NCBI GenBank assembly: GCA_951813565.1
Contig: OX638351.1
Span: 1,440,001 to 1,504,000 of the forward strand
Length of the DNA stretch: 64,000 nt
Direction of reading: 5' to 3'
DNA from: an uncultured Poribacteria bacterium
GTDB taxonomy: Bacteria; Poribacteria; WGA-4E; WGA-3G
Shown here: positions 11,022 through 20,340 of the stretch, in pieces
How the letters are laid out: every line of letters starts with the position of its first letter
Numbering within the stretch: position 1 is the first letter of the stretch
The notes under the pieces: generated by a model
The model's database searches: none
Told to the model about the DNA's origin: nothing
What the model saw: the letters and a program-made list of their open reading frames with translations, nothing else
Made by a program: the position numbers and the translations under genes

Positions 11022-11102
11022 AAGACGTTAGTTTAGGCGGGGCACAGAGACCCCGCTCTACAATTGTTAATTAAGGTATGATACACACTAAAAGGAAAAA
11101 CC

Positions 11103-13355
11103 GTGCGAATTAAAATACTTATGCTGGTTTGCGTCATCGTGATGGGGATGTCCTTGCAAGTTGTAATGGCAGCAGAGCATGAAGAGACACCTCCCACCGA
11201 TGTTGACACCACGAAGACCAGAGATGAGCAGAGCCGTCAAATCTTAATAGAGACCGCCCGTTTAGAGATGAATTTGGCGGAAAATCTGATGGAAAAGAAA
11301 CAAATTGAACTTGAGAACTTACGAACGATGATGGAAGAGGAAAACAACATCGTTACTGTCTCAGAAGTAAATAAAGCTGAAGAGGAATATGAGAGCGCTG
11401 CCTCGGAATATGAGAAGTCAAAACTCAATCTGCAACAGGTAGAGCTCGATTCGCTCAAAGACGCTTGGCACATCACAGTTGAAGGTACGCGTCTATATGA
11501 ATCGCGTGACGGTCGTGAAATGTTTTCCATCACATTGCGGAATAGTTCGTTACCTGTCAAATTGGTAGAGAGTTCAAAAGTACTGGAACGAGAGATTGTT
11601 ATCAGCGCACAGATTGACGACATAATCGTATCAATTAAAGAGAAGGAAGGTTTTGGTTCTGCAGGTGCGATTATTGCCAAACCTTACGAGCGCCGAATCG
11701 AAACACTCAAAGAGAACGGAGCTGTCACTTTGGAATTTGAACTCATTAAAGAGGATGTGCGGGATGTTGTAGTCCACTTAGACTACCTTGATACCGAAGA
11801 TGAACGTCATATTCATCTACAGCAGGAAGACCCATATATATCCGTCGTGTCAGCGAGGCGATACAAGGAGGGCGATCGGAGACGTTTGGAACTTGTTATC
11901 ACGTATGGTGCAGTGAAAGATGAAACAGATGAGACCAATGTTAATACAGCACAAGAGATCAACAATGTCTATGTTTCCATCAAAGACGAAAGTGACGCTA
12001 TTATCGGGTTTCCTTACGAGTTCCGCATCCCGACGTTAAAAGATGGACAGGAGAAGACTCTTGACTTTGAACTAAGACGCAATGTGGATAGTCTTATCGT
12101 TAATCTACGATACCTTGACAAGGATAACCCCTATAAAATCCATCTTGAAGAAGACACGCGTCATATCTCTATTCTCAGTGCGAAAAAATTTCGCGTCGAC
12201 AACCAGATGATGGTGACAATTCAATTAAAAAACACATCAACAACAGAAGCAATGCCAATCAATGCGACTCCGGAAGAAATCGCGGCGGCAAATGAAATCC
12301 GCGCTATTTATGTTTCTTTACTTGATGCCGTGGATAGCACAAATATTGTTAAACCGTATGAAGAGAAAATTGCTGTTCTCGGTTACAATCAAACCGCAGA
12401 ATTGACGTTCCAACTCCAGAAAGATGTTGATAGTGTCAAGGTATCAATGAAGTACCCAGAAATTCTCGAACCGGACACCCGTTTGATCTATCTCCAAAAA
12501 GAGTCCGCATTAGATGTAGTAAATGTCAGTTCGCTACGTTTTTCACAGGAAGGCAATTTAGGCAGCAGTGTTACTTACGATTTGACATTGGATAGGTTGG
12601 CAGAGACCGAAAACACGTTTCAATTGCGTGTCATAAACTTGTTAAATCGCCTTTCCTTTGAATTTCAAGACCCAGATACAAAGTCGCGGCAGTCACAGGT
12701 AAAGTTCACACAGGAACAGTCGAAACGGAATCTGTCGTTAATTGTTTATCTACCAGAAGAATTGGATGCATCCTATCTTGATAGCACACTTGAATTCTAT
12801 GTTGCCGTACTTGATGAAACCGAAGCAAGCGAACTCGGAGGTACTAACAACCGATTGGATTTACCCGCGGACAAGATTGCCAGCATTCAAGGGGGTGTGG
12901 AACGGTTTGAACTGATTCCGAAAGGTGTCCCGGAAATTGAGGTTGTCGTCCAAAACACGTTTCAAACTATTAAAATTGGCGAACAAGTTAACATGACCAC
13001 AACGCTAAAAAACATCGGCACTCGCGACCTTGTTGATATCCGCATGTTGGTTGATGTCAACCCGGATTGGAAATACACAGTGTCACCTGAAGTTATTGGA
13101 TCACTTGGGCGAAACGAAGAAACAGAAATACAACTCACACTAAATCCACCAGCGGACATTACGGTAGGAGAATATCAAGCGAAACTCAACGCGGAAGTAA
13201 CGGTTGACAACCGCAAGTTTCAGGCACGCGACCGTTCTATCACAGTACAAATCGAGTCAAAATCACAAATGTCGGTGACGACGTTATTGTTTGGTGCGTT
13301 GATACTCCTCATGATCGGTATCGTTATCGTCACAATCCGCATTAGCCGACGGTAG
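11103..13355 (+). CDS. Secreted, C-terminally membrane-anchored protein: coiled coil, three internal Ig-like repeats, NEW3-like domain
   Basis: Signal peptide; three repeats (I..I.VSI....I..PYE..I..L); C-terminal LKNIGTRDL..PDWKYTVSPE..PADITVGEY (NEW3-like); terminal TM helix followed by RISRR. Confidence 0.7.
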   Translation: MRIKILMLVCVIVMGMSLQVVMAAEHEETPPTDVDTTKTRDEQSRQILIETARLEMNLAENLMEKKQIELENLRTMMEEENNIVTVSEVNKAEEEYESAASEYEKSKLNLQQVELDSLKDAWHITVEGTRLYESRDGREMFSITLRNSSLPVKLVESSKVLEREIVISAQIDDIIVSIKEKEGFGSAGAIIAKPYERRIETLKENGAVTLEFELIKEDVRDVVVHLDYLDTEDERHIHLQQEDPYISVVSARRYKEGDRRRLELVITYGAVKDETDETNVNTAQEINNVYVSIKDESDAIIGFPYEFRIPTLKDGQEKTLDFELRRNVDSLIVNLRYLDKDNPYKIHLEEDTRHISILSAKKFRVDNQMMVTIQLKNTSTTEAMPINATPEEIAAANEIRAIYVSLLDAVDSTNIVKPYEEKIAVLGYNQTAELTFQLQKDVDSVKVSMKYPEILEPDTRLIYLQKESALDVVNVSSLRFSQEGNLGSSVTYDLTLDRLAETENTFQLRVINLLNRLSFEFQDPDTKSRQSQVKFTQEQSKRNLSLIVYLPEELDASYLDSTLEFYVAVLDETEASELGGTNNRLDLPADKIASIQGGVERFELIPKGVPEIEVVVQNTFQTIKIGEQVNMTTTLKNIGTRDLVDIRMLVDVNPDWKYTVSPEVIGSLGRNEETEIQLTLNPPADITVGEYQAKLNAEVTVDNRKFQARDRSITVQIESKSQMSVTTLLFGALILLMIGIVIVTIRISRR

Positions 13356-13364
13356 AAAACAATT

Positions 13365-13520
13365 TAGGACTTACGCACAAACGGTAGGCGGGGAATGCCA
13401 AAAGGCATTCATACCGTTGATTTGGCGTTTTGTAAACGCGCTGATAATTCAAAATTCTGCTGAAATTACACCATTTTAGCCATAATTATTCCAAAAATCG
13501 TGAAAATCGCGTAAGTCCTA
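13365..13520. mobile_element. MITE with 5-bp TSD
   Basis: TIR TAGGACTTACGC / GCGTAAGTCCTA flanked by CAATT on both sides; carries an internal interrupted REP. Confidence 0.6.
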
Positions 13521-13538
13521 CAATTCATGGAGATTAAA

Positions 13539-14945
13539 ATGAATAAAAGGTTGACACCGCTGGCAGTCCGCCTATTTTTTATTTTTGCATTGTTTGTAAG
13601 CCAAAATTTATTATTTAAAGGAGTTGGTATTGTATCGGCACAGGAACTCGTTTCACTTCGGCCAACTCGTGCCATAGAACTCGCTTTGCAGAACAACGAG
13701 GCGGTGAAAAAGGCGGAAAAAGTAGTGGAACGCGCAAAGGCAAACCTGCGCGTGTCTAAGGCTGTGTACTTGCCACAAGTAGGGATCACCAGCGAATATC
13801 AACGCCAAAAAAATGGCGATTTTAACGAAAGAGATTATCTTACCCGTGCACAGATGAGTGTTATCCTCGCTCAATTTGGTGAAATTCCGAAAGGGCTTGA
13901 CGCGACACAAGAAGAAGTGCGCAAGGCGGAGATAGAATACGAACGTATAAAGAAGGAAACTGTTCACGCCGTTCGAAATCTCTGGCATGACCTTACGCTC
14001 ACACAAGAAGAAATCACGCAACGTCAAGCGATTGAGGTAGAACTCCAGAAAAAACTGAAGAGCACACAACTCAAACACGATAAGAAACGTATTCCTTTTC
14101 TCAGTCGTCTCAATACGGAACTTGAATTGTCTGAACAGCAACTTGATCTCAACAAACTTCAACGACGACTTGACGTGGACACAGCGGAACTCATTCGCCT
14201 GACGGGACTTGACCCGCTGGCGCAAGTTGCTCTCTCACAATCCCTCCCAGATGATGACATAACACTGGATGCCGCCGTTGAACTTGCACTTGCTAATCGG
14301 CTTGACTTGCGCGACTTACAAGGTGATATTGCGCGTCAGGAACGCCTCGTCGTTGAGACAGTGTGGAATCGATTTCCTGAAATCTCTGCTGAAGCACGTT
14401 ACAAAGATCTGCATCTACTATTACAACAACACCAACAAAACCGAACTTGGGATGCAAAGGCGCTATATGATCCGATAATACATGACCGAGAACGGGATGC
14501 CGCGAGCATTTTCGCAACAGACCCACGCACACAAGACGGATGGGAGCTGCGCTTCAACCTCAACATTCCACTATATGATGGGAAAAAGACAGCAAACCTT
14601 CGCTCTATCGAGCTCGCAGAACTTGACAGACTCCAATTGGAATACGTTGAGAAAACGAAACTCATCAAGGTGGCAGTGCGTCGCGATTATCGGGAAGTGG
14701 CAAATGCGAAAGAACGCATGGAAATTGAACAGAAACGGGTGAAAATCTTTGAGCATCAACTAAGGGCAATAGAACAGGCACTTGAAGGCACTGTTGAAAT
14801 ACAGGGGTATCGCGGGTTGACTCTTAACGATGCTTTTCAGGCACAAGCACAATTCACACAGGCGCAACGGGTCTTTTATCAGGCACGCAGAGATTACGCG
14901 AAAGCAAAGGAAAAACTACGGGAAACGATGGCTTGGATAGAGTAA
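13539..14945 (+). CDS. TolC-family outer membrane efflux protein
   Basis: Signal peptide; AIELALQNN, KAVYLPQV, LDAAVELALANRLDL, LNIPLYDG two-fold OEP repeat pattern. Confidence 0.85.
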   Translation: MNKRLTPLAVRLFFIFALFVSQNLLFKGVGIVSAQELVSLRPTRAIELALQNNEAVKKAEKVVERAKANLRVSKAVYLPQVGITSEYQRQKNGDFNERDYLTRAQMSVILAQFGEIPKGLDATQEEVRKAEIEYERIKKETVHAVRNLWHDLTLTQEEITQRQAIEVELQKKLKSTQLKHDKKRIPFLSRLNTELELSEQQLDLNKLQRRLDVDTAELIRLTGLDPLAQVALSQSLPDDDITLDAAVELALANRLDLRDLQGDIARQERLVVETVWNRFPEISAEARYKDLHLLLQQHQQNRTWDAKALYDPIIHDRERDAASIFATDPRTQDGWELRFNLNIPLYDGKKTANLRSIELAELDRLQLEYVEKTKLIKVAVRRDYREVANAKERMEIEQKRVKIFEHQLRAIEQALEGTVEIQGYRGLTLNDAFQAQAQFTQAQRVFYQARRDYAKAKEKLRETMAWIE

Positions 14946-15083
14946 ACAATGTTTCCCGTAGTCGCGCAATTCATAGCGCCTCTTTTTAACGCCTTTTAAG
15001 TGTGGTTTCACACTTTATATATTCAAAACCGAAAATTGAATGGCTCTGGTAAACACAATAGGCAGGACTTGTTTTTCTCCTGC

Positions 15084-15404
15084 CTACGCTTCGCTTTTCT
15101 TAACTTCGGTATTCTGTGGGGCGTACTTTAAAAATTCCAAATCCCTTAGATGTGGCTCAACTTCCGCCAGCTGTGAACGGATTTCCTGCAAATCCGCACC
15201 CATCTGCTTTAAATTAGATTCAACTTGCCTATAGGTTTGTTTCGAAGATTGTCTCAAGAAATACGATGCTCCCTGCCATATACCTAAAAACACAACAACT
15301 GCTATGCCACTAATAACAACCGTCGTAATAGTGGACATAACAGCGACGTATTTGAGTGTCAAAAAGAGCATCACCCCAAGTAATGTCAGTATTAGAAACG
15401 GCAT
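15084..15404 (-). CDS. Small membrane protein (2 TM plus coiled coil)
   Basis: Two hydrophobic segments then heptad repeats; 12 nt from the upstream gene. Confidence 0.6.
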   Translation of the reverse strand: MPFLILTLLGVMLFLTLKYVAVMSTITTVVISGIAVVVFLGIWQGASYFLRQSSKQTYRQVESNLKQMGADLQEIRSQLAEVEPHLRDLEFLKYAPQNTEVKKSEA

Positions 15405-15416
15405 ACAATTCCCCCT

Positions 15417-15626
15417 TTACTCGTTACCTTTAGCAATTTGGATAAGCTGTCTAACCTCTTTTTTCAGTGAGATTATTTCTTCCTGCATGTGGTTTACATG
15501 TTCCTGCAGGGCATCTATCTCACGTTGAGATGCTCCCTTTTCCAAACCTTCTGCCTTTTTAGCGTAGGAAAAAGACATCCAGGTGCACACAAGTATTCCA
15601 GCTACAATAATCAATGCGATTTCCAT
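15417..15626 (-). CDS. Small membrane-anchored coiled-coil protein
   Basis: GGAGG RBS before ATG 15626; N-terminal TM, EIDALQEHVNHMQEEIISLKKEV heptads. Confidence 0.6.
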   Translation of the reverse strand: MEIALIIVAGILVCTWMSFSYAKKAEGLEKGASQREIDALQEHVNHMQEEIISLKKEVRQLIQIAKGNE

Positions 15627-15955
15627 TTTCAATTCCTCCAAATTTTTGTTGTGTTACAAAATAGAGACTGCAACGCGCGAAAGGATAGTAAAAAATGGAA
15701 AATCGGACGAAATTAATTGAGTGCGGTTCATAAATAGCCGATGTTAATATGCGCTTAAAGGTAGTAGGCACGCTCCGCGTGCCGTCCTCTACGCTAAGTG
15801 AGTCGTTACCGTTCAACCCTGTTCCGGTAAAAGCCTCAAGAAGGTGTTGGACAATCGCTACAAAAGAGATGTGAGTGAAGGAACGGGTTGATTGATAGAT
15901 ATAAAACTGCTTATCCGTACTCTTAAATTAGATGATAGGGTGCCTTACGTCATAT

Positions 15956-17416
15956 CTACTGCAAATCGCTTTTTAAAAAAGAAACCAGTGCGATAATAAA
16001 GAATAGCAGGTTAAACAGCACCAGCAACATGACTTGGGTTAACACGCTCCGATAAGAGATCTGCTCCTTAAAAACTGGCACAGCATCTGGATCCACCGGT
16101 TTCTGAGATAAGCCTTCTTTTACAGGATAGATATGTAGGCTTTTGGGATCACCCTGATCTTCTGTTTTGATGAAGTCTATGAACGTTTGACGATACCGAC
16201 GCGCCTGTTTAACAAAATTCATATAACTAACAATACCTGTATTTGCAAACCCTTCCATCGCATATTGGAAAGTCGCTATCGGAGAGATTTGGGTAAGGTC
16301 GCGAGCAAGCTGGACCTGCCTAAACTGCTGATCAATATGTCCATCATTAAAACGGGTTTTTGTCTCCATTTCTTTGGTGAGGTAAGTTGCCCAAAGAAGC
16401 GTTGCTTCGGGATTCTCAACAGAAGCTGCCTTGCTTAACTTAGAGGGTATATCTCCTGACCTACCAAAAGGATGGTATTCATCTCCAAGTTGCCTTAATT
16501 GTGCTTCTCGCTGCATGGACACCTCGTCAACCGAGGGAATAGGATTTATGTTGCCGACAAAAGTGCCAAGTAGACTCGGAAAAACAAACGCTAAGCAGAC
16601 CCAGGTGAGTAAAAGCCATACCAAACTTGTTATTGGATTTGAAACACGACTTGAGAAAAAGAGACCAAGGAAGATAAAAATAGAGATGTGTAACGCAAAC
16701 AATCCTATCATTCCCAAAATACATAGCCAATCCCTCGACTCAAACGGAATATTTTTTGAAATAAGGATAACCAGCAAGTTCATCAAGATGCCAATCATAA
16801 GCGGTACCATAAGTGTCACAAATGCACCGAGGTATTTCCCCAACAACACCTGCCCGCGCGATACTGTATTGGACATCATCAAACTTAGTGTCCCGCTCGC
16901 TCGTTCCCCAGCAATAGCATCAAAAGTGAATAAAATCGCAAAAAAACTCATCAGGATACCGATGAAAACCCAGTCGATTTTGATCCGTCGCATCCCAGTA
17001 CCGCCTGTATTTTGCAAAGGGTACTCTAATGTCCACGGGGCTTTCCACGCATAATCTTCAAATTCCTCATAACCGCTTCGACTGGCTGTTCCGGTATTCT
17101 GCATTTTGACAGAACGCGGAATTAATTTATCTGTCCCATCGGCACAAAATGTCAACCCGGTAGGGTGTCTTAGAATCTCACCAGGTCCTATCAGTGCTAA
17201 TTCCGCCAAACCCTTACCCGCTTGTTCTTTGATATAATCTCTATTTTGTTGTACATGGCGGTTGTAAGTATTGATTTGTGTTGTATAACCATCGCCGCCA
17301 AGACTATATATCAGTGCATTCGCCATAAACAGCACAGGCAGAAGGATGATCATCAAGGAAAATCGGAGCGTCGTGAGATTGTGGTATATCTCTTTCCTCG
17401 CAATGTGCCAAACCAT
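15956..17416 (-). CDS. ABC-2 type transporter permease, type B paralog
   Basis: MVWHIARKE, IDWVFI, FDAIAGERASGTLSL. Confidence 0.9.
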   Translation of the reverse strand: MVWHIARKEIYHNLTTLRFSLMIILLPVLFMANALIYSLGGDGYTTQINTYNRHVQQNRDYIKEQAGKGLAELALIGPGEILRHPTGLTFCADGTDKLIPRSVKMQNTGTASRSGYEEFEDYAWKAPWTLEYPLQNTGGTGMRRIKIDWVFIGILMSFFAILFTFDAIAGERASGTLSLMMSNTVSRGQVLLGKYLGAFVTLMVPLMIGILMNLLVILISKNIPFESRDWLCILGMIGLFALHISIFIFLGLFFSSRVSNPITSLVWLLLTWVCLAFVFPSLLGTFVGNINPIPSVDEVSMQREAQLRQLGDEYHPFGRSGDIPSKLSKAASVENPEATLLWATYLTKEMETKTRFNDGHIDQQFRQVQLARDLTQISPIATFQYAMEGFANTGIVSYMNFVKQARRYRQTFIDFIKTEDQGDPKSLHIYPVKEGLSQKPVDPDAVPVFKEQISYRSVLTQVMLLVLFNLLFFIIALVSFLKSDLQ

Positions 17417-17434
17417 CTGCTTCAACTCCTCTTT

Positions 17435-18958
17435 TCAACTCAAATCATATCGTAGAAAGGATACATAAGCGACCATGAATAAGACGATATTCCATGCCAA
17501 TAGAATCAAAATATCCATCGACGCACGGGACAAGCTTTCGGAAAGGGAAAGCCGTTGATGTTGGAAAACGGGCAGATCGGTTAACTCAGCATCTCCCTTG
17601 TCATTAGAAAACCACGCGCGCGAAGAAAATGCCTTTTTATCTTTTAAATACTCAACAATCTCACGCTTATAGTTTCTTGAACCCGCAATAAAATCGTTAT
17701 AACGCTGTCGGTCTGTGCCTGCTATTGTGCCAACAGCGAAGTGATATGTGTCTGCAAAGGAGATACGGGAGAGAGCATCAGCAAACTTAGAATTCTTCTC
17801 TCGTGCCTCAGCGGGTTCTTTGAGAATTTCTTCCGCTCTATCCGCATATTCAACCCGAAGTTGCTCTTGATAGCCTAAAATTTCTTGGAAGATAGAAGTA
17901 TTGGCTTGGGCGACATTTGTGACACTATAACTCTCTGTTAAGAAATAACCTCCGAACATAGAACCACTGCCAACTCCTCTTGATGATGCCCCCGGTTCCC
18001 AAATAATTGACTTTTGCAGATCTTCGTAGCCTCTCTGTCTGCGATAGGCATCCCGATCTTTTTTAAATTGTTCCCATACATCAGCAGCAGGCTGGATCAA
18101 CGACATTTCAGATTTCACTGGATGCGGCGGAAATTTTTCCACTCCAAATGCCACGACATTTGAATGAACACTTGTGAGGATCACCCAAATAAACATGGAA
18201 AGGATCAGCGTTGTTGCGGCTTGTTTTGTCCAAACAGACAAGGCAAGTCCTAAAAGATACCACGTTGACACGTACAGCAGCGAAACACCGAATATCGTCA
18301 TGATGTGTAATATGTCGTTTCCATCAAAGACGATAACTGGTGAAGAAAACGCGAGCAACAGTGCCACAATTAAACTCACCAAAACAATTGGAAACAGAGA
18401 CAGCATCCCACCGAGATATTTCCCAAACACTATCGTATCTCTCGGTATCGCATTAGATAACACAAGTTTCAGTGTGCCATCTTCTCTTTCACCCGAAATC
18501 GTGTTGTAGGCAAACAGAATCGCTAACGCGCTCAGCACGATCTTGAAGATGAAAACCACATCCACGGTTAGGAACATCGCAAGGAATGGATTATCTGAAC
18601 CCCGTTTTTGCGTTGGTGCTTCCCAAATAGGGAAGTTGAATTCAAAGATAGGCTTTCCCAACTCAACGGTGACCGTATTGGCACCAGCGTTCTCCGCACC
18701 CACGTTAAAGATGCTAAACGGATTCGGCTTGCGGTGTGCCTTCGGCTTGATTTTGGAATAGAGTTCCCATTCCTGTGCTTCCGTCTCTGCCTCTCGGACA
18801 GCAGTGTTATATCCCGCCAAACGTTTTTCGTAGTCGTCTACCTGAACAAATACTGCGACAGCAGTTGAAAGCAGACACACAATAAGCCCAATCATGAATC
18901 GGGATGTTAAGATATTTGAGACGAATTCCCGTTGGATAATCAGCCAAAGTGTGGACAT
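17435..18958 (-). CDS. ABC-2 type transporter permease, type A paralog
   Basis: RKPNPFSIFNVG, DNPFL, YNTISGEREDGTLKLV. Confidence 0.9.
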   Translation of the reverse strand: MSTLWLIIQREFVSNILTSRFMIGLIVCLLSTAVAVFVQVDDYEKRLAGYNTAVREAETEAQEWELYSKIKPKAHRKPNPFSIFNVGAENAGANTVTVELGKPIFEFNFPIWEAPTQKRGSDNPFLAMFLTVDVVFIFKIVLSALAILFAYNTISGEREDGTLKLVLSNAIPRDTIVFGKYLGGMLSLFPIVLVSLIVALLLAFSSPVIVFDGNDILHIMTIFGVSLLYVSTWYLLGLALSVWTKQAATTLILSMFIWVILTSVHSNVVAFGVEKFPPHPVKSEMSLIQPAADVWEQFKKDRDAYRRQRGYEDLQKSIIWEPGASSRGVGSGSMFGGYFLTESYSVTNVAQANTSIFQEILGYQEQLRVEYADRAEEILKEPAEAREKNSKFADALSRISFADTYHFAVGTIAGTDRQRYNDFIAGSRNYKREIVEYLKDKKAFSSRAWFSNDKGDAELTDLPVFQHQRLSLSESLSRASMDILILLAWNIVLFMVAYVSFLRYDLS

Positions 18959-19182
18959 TATTTCCTTTTAATTAAAGACGCAATCTTGGTATTGAAACGT
19001 GCATAATCTTTATTTTGATGATATTTCAGATTACATGCTTTCTTTTAAAATCTTAATTTATGGTAGATTTTAGAATTAATTGGACAGCACTTAACGGTAG
19101 GAGGGAATTCCGATTCCCAACTATCAAAGCGTTTAGTCGCTATTCGGAGATCGCTCCTACAGTAAACGCACCTATTTTGCAT

Positions 19183-20082
19183 CTAACGGTCCTGAATCGT
19201 TGAGGATGGCGGTGCTATTTGGACATCTCCCGGAACAGGAGTTAAAACATCTGGAATTGGCGTATCGCTCAGTCGCAAGACCAAATCATGGCGGCGTTTC
19301 TCCGCAGAGATTTTGACCGTTTTGGATGTCGTCATGCCGCCGTTGTACTCCACAGATACTGTGGCAAATATGGGCAAATTCACGTATTTCACAAAGTACC
19401 CATCCGAATCTGTATGCGTTGGTGTAATACTTCCATTTCCGCTATTAACTCCATCAAAACTCCGATAGTTAATGTTAAACTTCACTGCAGCTTTGGCTAA
19501 TGGTGTTCCGTCCGCCAAAAGGACTTTGCCACGGATACGCATACGAGGAAGCACTTTTATTGTTATGTCTTTGATGTCTAATCCTGACTTGATGTATAAC
19601 GGAATACCACCCATAGATGACAATTTCTTTGATTCAACAAACCTTGCCCCAAAAATCGGACGAATTGGGTGATGTGATATTTTCAACTTTGGGGCATCAA
19701 TAGGCAAAAAACTTAAGCCCGCGACATCAATGGAGTGAATCTCGGTGTCTGCTTCAGAGGCACCTATTTCAGGAGATACCACGAATTGCGCGTGTCCGGG
19801 GAGAATATCGCTGATTTGAAAGTGTCCAGCAGCATCGGTTTTCAATTGATGTATCGGTAGTGGTGCCTGCCACATCTCACCATCAATAATATCAATTGGG
19901 TGAATGGCTAACCTGAACCCAGGAATCGGGTCGCCGTCCATATCAACAATTTGACCAGAGAGAGTACTTGTATTCTTCTGTGCAATATTGTGTGACGAAG
20001 CCACAAAAAGTGCCAGAATACCAACGAGAACAAGAATACTTGCGGGAATTGCAGAGCGTTGTTTGAAACTTGTAAAATTCAT
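19183..20082 (-). CDS. Exported protein with two carboxypeptidase-regulatory-like (CarboxypepD_reg) beta domains
   Basis: AAGGAG RBS; N-terminal TM/signal; SGQIVDMDGDPIPG..KTDAAGHF and RGKVLLADGTPLAKA..HTDSDGYF. Confidence 0.7.
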   Translation of the reverse strand: MNFTSFKQRSAIPASILVLVGILALFVASSHNIAQKNTSTLSGQIVDMDGDPIPGFRLAIHPIDIIDGEMWQAPLPIHQLKTDAAGHFQISDILPGHAQFVVSPEIGASEADTEIHSIDVAGLSFLPIDAPKLKISHHPIRPIFGARFVESKKLSSMGGIPLYIKSGLDIKDITIKVLPRMRIRGKVLLADGTPLAKAAVKFNINYRSFDGVNSGNGSITPTHTDSDGYFVKYVNLPIFATVSVEYNGGMTTSKTVKISAEKRRHDLVLRLSDTPIPDVLTPVPGDVQIAPPSSTIQDR

Positions 20083-20262
20083 AATTACTTCTCCTTTTAC
20101 GTGCATTTTATGGTAGATTTGAATTTATTTGGACAGTATCGCTCTGTGAATCAACGCTGAATGCACATAAGGCATTCAGCGTTGATTCACAGGAAATGTG
20201 TCCAATTATTTCCATATTTCACCATTAAATGGATTTTAACACTAAAATTGGCTTATGACGTT

Positions 20263-20291
20263 AAGTCGCGTTTTAAAGGAAAAAGGTTGCA
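20263..20291 (-). promoter_or_regulatory. Putative ECF sigma promoter upstream of 20082 gene and permease pair
   Basis: Minus strand TGCAACC-N16-CGACTT. Confidence 0.7.
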
Positions 20292-20340
20292 TAAAATGAA
20301 TTTTTGGGAAAATTTTATACTCGGTAGGTAAGGAGACAGA

